A stretch of DNA of 63,800 nt, the filler included, from an uncultured Methanosarcinales archaeon (GTDB lineage: Archaea; Nanobdellota; Nanobdellia; Woesearchaeales; CAZKBD01), in the NCBI GenBank assembly GCA_964550945.1. It is 3 parts of 3 records of this genome, joined end to end, with 100 filler letters (N's around TTAATTAATTAA, not from the genome) between each part and the next. Parts side by side here need not be neighbours in the genome. Positions count along the whole stretch, not along the records: positions 1 to 27,454 come from CAZKBD010000016.1; positions 27,555 to 53,586 come from CAZKBD010000017.1; 1 more part is not named here. One strand, written 5' to 3'. The notes below the pieces were generated by a model that was given only the letters and a program-made list of their open reading frames with translations, did no database searches and was not told the origin of the DNA. Below, one piece after another: positions 20,696 to 28,894 of this stretch. Both the position numbers and the translations under genes were made by a program. The stretch's first letter is position 1; every line of letters begins with the position of its first letter.

Positions 20696-20765
20696 AACAA
20701 CAAAACATGCCTTACTGCTTGAGTTTTTCACTGACAAAGGAATCGGGACTGATATCGTGAGATAA
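20696..20765 (+). repeat. Second copy of the last 70 bp of argB (19631-19700)
   Basis: 64/70 identical; all six differences are at third codon positions. Confidence 0.9.
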
Positions 20766-20864
20766 CATATTTTAAATAGGATAATCACTTACTAAATTCT
20801 ATGGTAAAACAACATATAAAAAACATTGCTTCAACTATTATAGGCCCCAATCTGGTTAAAACAA

Positions 20865-21142
20865 CAATATTCCACTCATCTGAGATGTGTCAGAAACCGC
20901 AAGGATTTATTATCAATAGTTGCGATTTCTGAGCATGCTCAAAAATGCTATGCATTTTTGACAAGTGGTTAAGTGGAATTTGTTGTGCTCAAAAACCACA
21001 TTTTATGAGTGGAATATTGAGTGTCAAAAACCACTTCATGTTGCGTAATAGCTAAAACATGCCACCCACGGAAACTAATGTTTCCTAGTGCAGTAAATGA
21101 CTGTGTCATTTATGCACCATCTCTGATGAGTGGTTTTTGACA
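20865..21142. repeat. Nested palindromic repeat cluster of the same family as 5547-5700
   Basis: TGTCAGAAA..TTTCTGAGCATGCTCAAAAA..TTTTTGACA (20888-20963) inside a 15-bp IR (20865-20879/21005-21019), then TGTCAAAAACCAC..GTGGTTTTTGACA (21022-21142). Confidence 0.75.
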
Positions 21143-21160
21143 AATACGAGAAGATGCTCC

Positions 21161-21349
21161 ATGGGCTTTAAAGAAGATAACGAAAAGGAGAGGATGAAGT
21201 TTGTAGATTACTGGTCTGATTATGTTTTAACGCATGAAGATAAAGTGTGGTCCAAGCAGCAGAACATAATTATTAATTCTTGCCTTAGGAGCACCAAGCT
21301 TAGCAGAGAAGACTATTTGAAGATGAAAGGAGAGAAGAGCTCTTATTGA
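21161..21349 (+). CDS. Small hypothetical protein
   Basis: MGFKEDNEKERMKFVDYW...WSKQQNIIINS; ATG 21161 preferred because the TTG at 21137 lies inside the repeat. Confidence 0.55.
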   Translation: MGFKEDNEKERMKFVDYWSDYVLTHEDKVWSKQQNIIINSCLRSTKLSREDYLKMKGEKSSY

Positions 21350-21350
21350 A

Positions 21351-21409
21351 TGTCCAAAATAGAACATTTATGTCTAATTATATTTTAATTAAGTCAATAG
21401 TTTTATAAA
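21351..21409 (+). promoter_or_regulatory. Promoter of the GDPD-orf-argD-argC unit with conserved upstream palindrome
   Basis: TGTCCAAAATAGAACA at 21351, TTTATAAA at 21402, ATG at 21433. Confidence 0.7.
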
Positions 21410-21432
21410 TAAGATATTTCTTTATTTTTGCT

Positions 21433-22134
21433 ATGCTAGTAATAGGCCATAGAGGAGCTGCAGCTTACGAGCCGGAGAACACTCTTTTGAGCATCAGGAA
21501 AGCTATTGAGTTAGGTGTTGATGCTGTTGAGATTGATGTGCATCTAAGCAAGGATAATGAAGTTGTGGTTATACATGATGATACATTAGAAAGAACGACT
21601 AATGGTTTTGGCAAGGTAAGTGATACCAACTTTAGCGCTTTGAGAAATTTAAACACAGGAAAAGGAGAAAAAATACCTTATCTACAGGAGGTGATAAACC
21701 AGGTCAAGGAAAAATGCATTTTGATAATTGAATTAAAAGGCATTAAAACTGAAAAAAAGGTTGTTGAGCTGATACAGAAAAATAAATTGCATGAGAAATG
21801 CTTTGTTATCTCATTTTGGCATAACATGGTAAAAAGAGTCAAGGATTTGGACCCGAACATCAAGACAGGTGTTTTATTTGTTGGCCATCCGGTAAAGCCA
21901 TACAGGTTGGCAAAAGATGCAAAAGCTGATGCTTTGGTCTTGAATTACAGGTTTATAAGCAAAAAATTAGTTGAAAAAGCGCATAAGCTTAATTTAAAAG
22001 TTTTTGTTTGGAATATTGACGAGAAGAGCGAGATAAAGGAAATTGCTGATTTGGGAGTGGATGGCATTGGCTCAAACAAGCCGGATATTTTGGTAGAGTA
22101 TGTAAAACAAAAAGAGGTGGAACAAAATGGCTAA
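21433..22134 (+). CDS. Glycerophosphodiester phosphodiesterase
   Basis: IGHRG...PENT, EIDV, VIHD...RTT, IELK. Confidence 0.92.
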   Translation: MLVIGHRGAAAYEPENTLLSIRKAIELGVDAVEIDVHLSKDNEVVVIHDDTLERTTNGFGKVSDTNFSALRNLNTGKGEKIPYLQEVINQVKEKCILIIELKGIKTEKKVVELIQKNKLHEKCFVISFWHNMVKRVKDLDPNIKTGVLFVGHPVKPYRLAKDAKADALVLNYRFISKKLVEKAHKLNLKVFVWNIDEKSEIKEIADLGVDGIGSNKPDILVEYVKQKEVEQNG

Positions 22135-22267
22135 AATAATCAGGAAGTTGGTGAAATTTGCAATAATTGCGTACTTGACTAATGTGGTAAGAAAAGCGGT
22201 ATATGGTGAAGCAAAAAAATTAGTTAAAAAAGAAGCTAAAAAGATAATAACTCGAAAAAAGAAATGA
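22127..22267 (+). CDS. 46-aa Lys-rich small protein (below the ORF-track cutoff)
   Basis: GAGGTG RBS, then MAKIIRKLVKFAIIAYLTNVVRKAVYGEAKKLVKKEAKKIITRKKK; its stop overlaps the argD start (ATGA). Confidence 0.55.
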   Translation: MAKIIRKLVKFAIIAYLTNVVRKAVYGEAKKLVKKEAKKIITRKKK

Positions 22268-23415
22268 ATTCAAAACAAATAATCGAGCTGGAAAAGAAAT
22301 ATATAATGCAAACTTATGGAAGATATCCGTTTGTGGTAGATAAGGGGCTGGGCTGCTATCTATTTGACAAAGAAGGGAAAAAATACCTTGACTTAGTTGG
22401 GGGATTGGCTACTGCAAGCATTGGCCACGGGAATAAAGGATTAGCAAAAGCTATTTCAGAACAAGCTGAAAAACTGATTAACATTACTGGGCTTTTTTAT
22501 ACAGAGCCACAAGTAATTTTAGCAGAAAAATTAGCGAAGCTAACTAAATTAGGGAAATGCTTTTTCTCTAACTCAGGAACAGAAGCAAATGAGGCTGCAA
22601 TTAAATTAGCAAGAGCTCATACAAAAAAAATAGAGATAATAGCAACAAAGTATGGCTTTCATGGGAGAACTTTTGGCAGTTTAGCTGCTACATGGAAAGA
22701 GAAGATAAAGCAGGATTTTAAGCCTTTAGTACCTGGATTTATTCATGTGGAGTATAATGATCCAGCTGCTATTGATGATGCGATTACATCAAATACTGCG
22801 GCTGTCATGGTTGAGCCAATACAAGGAGAAGCGGGGATAAACATTCCTGACAAAGGATACCTTGAGAATGTAGGCAAAATCTGCAAAGAAAAGAATGTGC
22901 TGCTTATCCTAGATGAGGTGCAGTCTGGCTGCTTCAGGACTGGAAAATTTTTGGCTTCACAATATGAGAATGTAGAGCCTGACATGATAACCTTAGCAAA
23001 AGGGCTTGCTAATGGCATCCCGATTGGAGTAACGATTGCTAAACAAGGGATAGATTTTGAAAAAGGGCAGCATGGAAGCACATTTGGAGGCAATAATCTA
23101 AGCTGTACAGCAGCTAGTTTTGTGATAGATTATGTGCTGAAGAACAAGTTGGATAATAATGCTAAGATTATGGGAGATTATTTTATCGATAAGCTAAAAA
23201 AATTAGATAAAAATGTAATAAAAGAGATTCGCGGCAAAGGATTGCTGATTGGTGTCGAGCTTAATAAAAAAGGAGATGAGTATGTCAATAAAGCGGCTGA
23301 GAAAGGGCTTTTGATCAATTGCGCTAATGAGAAGGTTTTACGTTTTTTGCCTCCTTTGATTATTAATAAACAAGAGATTGATTCAGCTCTTAAGATTTTG
23401 GATGAGATACTATGA
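22264..23415 (+). CDS. argD: Acetylornithine aminotransferase
   Basis: NSGTEANE, FHGRT, EPIQGE, DEVQ, LAKGL, HGSTFGGN; lies in arg context. Confidence 0.9.
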   Translation: MNSKQIIELEKKYIMQTYGRYPFVVDKGLGCYLFDKEGKKYLDLVGGLATASIGHGNKGLAKAISEQAEKLINITGLFYTEPQVILAEKLAKLTKLGKCFFSNSGTEANEAAIKLARAHTKKIEIIATKYGFHGRTFGSLAATWKEKIKQDFKPLVPGFIHVEYNDPAAIDDAITSNTAAVMVEPIQGEAGINIPDKGYLENVGKICKEKNVLLILDEVQSGCFRTGKFLASQYENVEPDMITLAKGLANGIPIGVTIAKQGIDFEKGQHGSTFGGNNLSCTAASFVIDYVLKNKLDNNAKIMGDYFIDKLKKLDKNVIKEIRGKGLLIGVELNKKGDEYVNKAAEKGLLINCANEKVLRFLPPLIINKQEIDSALKILDEIL

Positions 23416-24392
23416 AAAAGGTCGGTATAATAGGGGCTTCAGGATATACTGGCTATGAATTGATAAAGCTGCTGAAGAAAAATCCTGAAATTAAATTAAA
23501 AGTGTTAAATAGCCAGAGCTATAATGGAAAAACTGTTAAATCATTGTATGCTGATTTTTTTGATAGTGGATTGAGATTTACAAATTATTCTGTAGAAGAG
23601 ATCAATAAACTGGATCTTGATTTGCTGTTTTTAGCAATGCCTAATGGAGAGGCTATTAAGATAGTTCCTAAGCTAAATGCCAAGATAGTGGACCTAAGCG
23701 CTGATTATCGCTTTAAAGAGCATAAAGAATATGAAAATGTTTACGGGATAAAACATATTGACAAAGAAAATCTGAAAGATGCGGTTTATGGATCGCCAGA
23801 ATTGTTTAAAGAAAAGATAAAAAAAGCTAAGATAGTTGCTAACCCCGGCTGTTATGCGACTGTTTGCTTATTAACTGCGCTGCCCATCCAAAAGCTTGCG
23901 AAATATATTATCTTTGACTGCAAATCTGGGTGGAGCGGAGCTGGAAAAGAATCGGTTTATGCTAAAAATCATGATGCTATCAAGGACAATATCGTTGCTT
24001 ACAAATTAACCAATCACCGCCATAAATATGAGATTGAGCAGTTCATAAAAACAAAATTAAGCTTTACCCCTCATGTCATTGATACATTCCAAGGGATGAT
24101 GGCTACTGCTCATATAATATTAAAAAAACCAATAAAAAAAGACCAATTAATAAAATTATATAATGATTATTATAAAAAAGAGCCATTTGTAAAGATCATT
24201 ACAGACAAGATTCCAGAGATAAAGGATGTTCAGAAAACAAATTACTGCCATATTGGCGGTTTTGAATGCGATGAGAATAATCAGTTAGTTATTGTTTCTG
24301 TCATTGACAACTTAATAAAAGGGGCTTCAGGACAGGCTGTTCAGAATATGAATCTGATGTTTGGGGTTGAGGAAGGGAATGGGTTAAATTAA
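23412..24392 (+). CDS. argC: N-acetyl-gamma-glutamyl-phosphate reductase
   Basis: GASGYTG, DLSADYR, ANPGCY, SGAG, DNLIKGASGQAVQNMN. Confidence 0.96.
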   Translation: MKKVGIIGASGYTGYELIKLLKKNPEIKLKVLNSQSYNGKTVKSLYADFFDSGLRFTNYSVEEINKLDLDLLFLAMPNGEAIKIVPKLNAKIVDLSADYRFKEHKEYENVYGIKHIDKENLKDAVYGSPELFKEKIKKAKIVANPGCYATVCLLTALPIQKLAKYIIFDCKSGWSGAGKESVYAKNHDAIKDNIVAYKLTNHRHKYEIEQFIKTKLSFTPHVIDTFQGMMATAHIILKKPIKKDQLIKLYNDYYKKEPFVKIITDKIPEIKDVQKTNYCHIGGFECDENNQLVIVSVIDNLIKGASGQAVQNMNLMFGVEEGNGLN

Positions 24393-25230
24393 GTATGTGA
24401 TCCATTAAACTAGCATGATCTGATAACTCATTTCTTCCGATCTTGAAATACCCTACTCCTAATTTTACCATATCTGCAATAATCTGATCTGATGCGATAG
24501 TTTCCTTTTTTGAGTCGCAACCCATGCCTTGCTCTTCTTTTCTTCTTAATGCTTCTTCGAGCAAAGATTTGTAAATTTCGGCAGTATCTCCTTTATTAAA
24601 AAGAGATACGGCCATATAGTGCCAGTATGAGTTACAGCCAGCGACGCAAGGCGTGTTGACTAGGGCAGATAATCTAGCCCTGTGGGCTGGCTCAATCTGC
24701 CCTACAATTTCTGGCCTTCTGCTGTCCATAGGTGATAGTATTACAAGTTTATAATTGCCATTTCTTAAGGACTCATTGTAAAAATCAATCCTTTGGGATT
24801 CGCTTAGCATTTCTTTTTGCGAGTATAATCGAATACATGAGGAAGCTATTCTCAATTGAGGGTAATTTGTTCTTACAAACAGTTCTATCTCTGAGTTAGC
24901 AACTATGACTCCATTTTCCGGTGAATTATCTGCAAGATATTCTAATGCTGCTAGCGTCAATTCATCTTCAAGGTCTTCTGGAGCGCAGACAAGGTTTGTT
25001 AATGTGAGGTAAAAAGGTATCCCCTTTTCATTTAAATTCACAACATCTGAAAAAGATGCCAATAGCAACATGGCATCCAGCCTGGGATTGTTCAGTTGAT
25101 TATTCCTTCCGCCATTCAATGGTGAGTTGCAAAGTGAACCGTATGCGATTAGCGAATGGCCTTCTCTTGCTCGGGAGATCATTCTTTCAACCCCTACACT
25201 TACAGGGACTTCTAGAGTTATTTTAGCCAT
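24301..25230 (-). CDS. Putative U32-family-like TIM-barrel/Fe-S protein
   Basis: YLTLTN, GVIVAN, LVNTPCVAGC..H and GVGYFKIGR resemble U32 peptidase-like proteins. Confidence 0.5.
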   Translation of the reverse strand: MAKITLEVPVSVGVERMISRAREGHSLIAYGSLCNSPLNGGRNNQLNNPRLDAMLLLASFSDVVNLNEKGIPFYLTLTNLVCAPEDLEDELTLAALEYLADNSPENGVIVANSEIELFVRTNYPQLRIASSCIRLYSQKEMLSESQRIDFYNESLRNGNYKLVILSPMDSRRPEIVGQIEPAHRARLSALVNTPCVAGCNSYWHYMAVSLFNKGDTAEIYKSLLEEALRRKEEQGMGCDSKKETIASDQIIADMVKLGVGYFKIGRNELSDHASLMDHILNLTHSLPQPQTSDSYSEQPVLKPLLLSCQ

Positions 25231-25302
25231 TAGCCTTTAGGAATGTAAGGAGGTTTATAAAATTTTGTATTGGTTGTACTGAAATAGTGGTAACAATATG
25301 GT

Positions 25303-26529
25303 TTAGTTAGCGGAATAATGCTGAGGTGTTATTTCTATTAAAGAGAACTTTTTGTCTGGGTGTTGACTGTTCCATTCTGCAATATTGTCTTTTAAGGATA
25401 TTCTACCATTCGCTATAGGATATATATCTCCAAAAGATTGATTTCCTCCCCATAAATGGGCTCCGCCGTATACACACACCCAAAGCCCTGCATTTTGAGA
25501 GGCTATTTTTTGAAGAACAATATCTTCTCTATTTTCTACTACCACTTTGACCTTGTTGGGATCTTGTTCCCAACCTTCTTTTTCAACAATTAATCCAGCT
25601 AAATCATTAGACCTTATTTCTTCAACAGCCAATATTGACAGTTTGCCTTCAGCAACAAGTTTTTTTACTGCTGAATACCAGAACCTTTGATTTCTTTCTT
25701 GTAGTTGTTCTTCTCTTTCTTGGTTATATTTCTTATCTTTCTCCATTGCTTCTGGCAATTGAGCGGTTTTCCCTTCTATTTTGTCTTTTAAGTACAAGAT
25801 ATATTTATTTACAGCGTCGTTATCATTTGGAAACATATAATAAGCATCCAATGGAGTCAATTCTCCTTGGTTTATATCTAAGATTTCTCTTTCAAGTTGC
25901 CTTATCTCTTGATTTACTCTATCTTCCTCACTAACAGTTAGTTGGTGAACTAAATCGGAAAGTGAATCACTACTTCGTTCCACTTTTGCCACTATTTTGG
26001 GGATATCTTCCATACCAGGAACATACCCCTCATGGTATACCTCTTTCAATCCTTGCCTTCCAATTAAATAAGAAAGAATTTGATATATGTCAGATTGAAC
26101 AGCTGCTATGCTTTCCTTATCTTGTTCTGTAATTTTTTCTGTGATGTGCTCTTGGCGGATATGAACTAGGCAATATTTTGCATCTGGTGTGATGTATTTG
26201 TCCACTCCAGCTGCTCCAGGCATTTCGGAAGGGAAATTGACTAGCAACCTATTTGCTTCATTCGCAGATTCTAAATCATAATACCTAGGAGCAACAACAT
26301 TGGATTGCTGCCTGTAATCATATTCGTTCCTCCAAGAGCAATACCTAAATGCTGCCAGCCCAGCTGTAACTCCTAGAGTAACAGCTAAACCAATACGATT
26401 TATTCTTCTGATTTTTTGAGAAGAATATACCCTCTTATCTAAATTGTCTAATCTTCTCTTTAAATCTTTTAAAATGCCCATGTGCAAAATTAAGTGTAGG
26501 TGATATATAAATCTTTCTGTTTTAATCAC
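25303..26529 (-). CDS. Hypothetical membrane-anchored protein
   Basis: One TM near the N-terminus; VHIRQEH, YHEG and YGGAH motifs; start probably at the second Met. Confidence 0.6.
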   Translation of the reverse strand: MIKTERFIYHLHLILHMGILKDLKRRLDNLDKRVYSSQKIRRINRIGLAVTLGVTAGLAAFRYCSWRNEYDYRQQSNVVAPRYYDLESANEANRLLVNFPSEMPGAAGVDKYITPDAKYCLVHIRQEHITEKITEQDKESIAAVQSDIYQILSYLIGRQGLKEVYHEGYVPGMEDIPKIVAKVERSSDSLSDLVHQLTVSEEDRVNQEIRQLEREILDINQGELTPLDAYYMFPNDNDAVNKYILYLKDKIEGKTAQLPEAMEKDKKYNQEREEQLQERNQRFWYSAVKKLVAEGKLSILAVEEIRSNDLAGLIVEKEGWEQDPNKVKVVVENREDIVLQKIASQNAGLWVCVYGGAHLWGGNQSFGDIYPIANGRISLKDNIAEWNSQHPDKKFSLIEITPQHYSAN

Positions 26530-26576
26530 TTTAAAGTGACAATTTCAATTCAGAACTTCGGCAAAAACTTAATTGT

Positions 26577-26828
26577 TTATCTATTATAAATCTCTTTTCT
26601 ATGGCCTATCTTTTCGATAAAAATCTTATTTTCTTTGGTGTTTATGCTCATTATCGCCCTGTAATCCCCTATCCTCAGTTTCCAGCTTGGCAGCTCTTTT
26701 AATCTTTCAATATAATGGAGCGGATTTTCTTTTATGCTGTAGATTTTTTTTAAAATTATCTCGATATTTTGTTTCTCTAATTTTAGAAGCTGTTTTTTAG
26801 CTTTTGGCAAAATAATAATAGAAAACAT
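26577..26828 (-). CDS. relE: RelE/ParE-family toxin
   Basis: AKKQLLKL...WKLRIGDYRAI...IGHRKEIY. Confidence 0.9.
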   Translation of the reverse strand: MFSIIILPKAKKQLLKLEKQNIEIILKKIYSIKENPLHYIERLKELPSWKLRIGDYRAIMSINTKENKIFIEKIGHRKEIYNR

Positions 26829-26829
26829 C

Positions 26830-27063
26830 TTAGAGATTCATGCCTAATTCTTTAGCCAACTCTTCTATTCTTTGGCCTTTTCCTTCTCTTATCTCTTTTT
26901 TAGCCTCGATTATGTCGTTTAATGCTTCATCAGTAAGCTGGCCTTCTTCCATCTCGTCTAATACTTTGTTGATTAGTTCGTCATAGCTCTCTTTAGAGAA
27001 TTCCTTGAAATATTTTAACCGCTCTAATGTCTGCTCCTTTAGCTGTATGGTGGTGGTGTTCAT
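26830..27063 (-). CDS. Antitoxin (RHH-like)
   Basis: TTIQL...L...ESYDELI; directly upstream of relE. Confidence 0.8.
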   Translation of the reverse strand: MNTTTIQLKEQTLERLKYFKEFSKESYDELINKVLDEMEEGQLTDEALNDIIEAKKEIREGKGQRIEELAKELGMNL

Positions 27064-27070
27064 AAATTAT

Positions 27071-27090
27071 ATAGTTGTTATAGCAACTAT
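27071..27090. promoter_or_regulatory. Operator palindrome of the antitoxin-relE pair
   Basis: Near-perfect inverted repeat ATAGTTGTTATAGCAACTAT between the TATA region and the start codon. Confidence 0.6.
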
Positions 27091-27205
27091 ATAAATCTTG
27101 CTGTTTTTTGAGCCACTTGGAAACCGTCTTTAATTTAGTCGGTAACATCGTTTATTCCTACATAAGATTATTTTTATATCTTAAAGTTTACAAAGCGCCA
27201 GAAAA

Positions 27206-27410
27206 CTATTGATGAATGTTCCTTCGGTGACCTACCTTAATAATAAGGATAATCAGCTTTCCTTTGTCAATATCCATAATAACCCTATAATCTCCAACCT
27301 TTAATCTGTAGGCTGTGTCCCCAACCAGCTTAGTAACATATGCCTCAGGTCTAATCTTGATCCTGTCTAAAGAGTTGAGTATTCTTATTTGAATATCTTT
27401 TTCTAAATCC
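27206..27410 (-). pseudogene. relE: RelE-family toxin fragment with its 5' end replaced by a hairpin at the contig end
   Basis: YRLKVGDYRVI...KVGHRRNI present; the N-terminal strand is missing and the fragment abuts a GC-rich stem-loop at 27411-27454. Confidence 0.65.
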
Positions 27411-27454
27411 CGCCAAGAGTTCGTCATGGTCTGAAAGACCTGACGGTGAATTGG

Positions 27455-27554
27455 NNNNNNNNNNNNNNNNNNNNNNNNNNNNNNNNNNNNNNNNNNNNTT
27501 AATTAATTAANNNNNNNNNNNNNNNNNNNNNNNNNNNNNNNNNNNNNNNNNNNN
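27455..27554. other. Artificial contig linker
   Basis: N44-TTAATTAATTAA-N44 (stops in all six frames). Confidence 0.97.
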
Positions 27555-27653
27555 AAATTTAAAGAAAATACTTAATGAACAGGTTTTTGTAAAAAACGCA
27601 AAAGTCTATTCCGAAAGGTTTAAATAGTGGTTATATCTATATAATATTCCGAA

Positions 27654-28016
27654 ATGGCAAGCTTTGAAAAACATATTGAAAAATACAAACTATTCAAAAA
27701 AGACGCTGAGAACAAAACAGTTAGCCATATGAGTAGAATTGAAGCATATTTCTTCGCTAGCTTTCATTTAATAGAAGCGGTGATGGCAAAAAAGGAGAAG
27801 CACATCAACAAACATACTATGCTCAGGTCTGTTTTGACTAAAGAAACCGACATTTTCAAAGATGATACAGAAACTGTTTGGAGAGATTTTCAAACAATTG
27901 AAAACCAAATAAGGCCTGGACAAGAATATGGCGGAAAGATTAACGGAGAAGAACTCAAGAGAGCAGAAAAATTATTTGAGGATATAAGAAGAATATGCAA
28001 TGAAGCCCTAAAATGA
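27654..28016 (+). CDS. HEPN-like protein
   Basis: EAYFFASFHLIEA...HINKH...R...YG; ATGA-coupled to an MNT gene. Confidence 0.65.
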   Translation: MASFEKHIEKYKLFKKDAENKTVSHMSRIEAYFFASFHLIEAVMAKKEKHINKHTMLRSVLTKETDIFKDDTETVWRDFQTIENQIRPGQEYGGKINGEELKRAEKLFEDIRRICNEALK

Positions 28017-28621
28017 TACAGAAAGAGTTTAAAGATTTGGCGTTTGAATTTGCGAAGGAGATGAGCGGCTTAAATAACATTCTTTATGTGTTTTTATTTG
28101 GTTCTGTTGCTAGAGGCAGTGCTGATAAAAAAAGCGACATAGATTTTTGTGTTATAACCACCAACGAAGATAAACAAAAGATATCTTCTACTGCGTTAGA
28201 TCTGGAGAAGAAGTACGATAGGAATATACAGCTAGTCATCAGCAGGAATTTCACTAAGCTGGATGATTACTTTATGTCCCAGCTGTTTAAAGAGGGGATA
28301 ATCCTTTATGGTAAAGGGCCTTTAATCAGGGTCGGAAGCAAGTGTTTTAATGGTTATGCCTTGTTTTCATTCTCTTTAGAAAACTTAAGCCAGCCTGAGA
28401 AGATGAAAATCAAAAGGATATTGTATGGTTATTCTACAACCAAAAAGGGGAAGAAGCTCTATAAAAGCTCTTCTAAAGGGTTAGTTTTGGAATTGAATGG
28501 CCTTTTTGTCGGCAGAGGCGCCATTTTAATACCTCTGGGAAAGGCAAATGTCATAGAAGGCATATTCAATTCACGGAAGGTTAAATTCGAAATGCATGAG
28601 TTTTTTAAAGCCTTAATATAA
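28013..28621 (+). CDS. Minimal nucleotidyltransferase (MNT) with C-terminal extension
   Basis: LFGSVARG...SDIDFCV...EGIILYG. Confidence 0.85.
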   Translation: MIQKEFKDLAFEFAKEMSGLNNILYVFLFGSVARGSADKKSDIDFCVITTNEDKQKISSTALDLEKKYDRNIQLVISRNFTKLDDYFMSQLFKEGIILYGKGPLIRVGSKCFNGYALFSFSLENLSQPEKMKIKRILYGYSTTKKGKKLYKSSSKGLVLELNGLFVGRGAILIPLGKANVIEGIFNSRKVKFEMHEFFKALI

Positions 28622-28680
28622 TATTGCGAATATCATAATATCTATGATTCGTTATATAATATCACGAATAGATTGTAAAA

Positions 28681-28814
28681 TCTCATTTTCCACCGGTGTA
28701 TCTCACTGGCGGATTGCTGCCAGTTATGTAATCAAGGGAAAATGAGAACAAGAAAATCGGCCCGAGCGGAGAGAGCATACCGCCAGTCTATTGACTAGGG
28801 ATGGTCGTTTTTCT
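28681..28814. ncRNA. Candidate structured RNA or regulatory element
   Basis: GC-rich intergenic stretch with two closed multi-stem domains (28681-28747 and 28751-28814); no family recognised. Confidence 0.3.
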
Positions 28815-28894
28815 TTGATAAGATTCTTCATATACCCACTCAAAATCATTTTCAAAAATAAACAGAAACATTTATATATCTGTTTTCTGAAAGG

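Noticed and set aside
20865..21142. Possible CRISPR array
   Set aside because: The repeats are nested and inverted, lack regular repeat-spacer periodicity, and no cas genes are present
27455..27554. TTAATTAATTAA palindrome inside N runs (also 53587-53686)
   Set aside because: Artificial six-frame-stop linker; adjacency across it has no biological meaning
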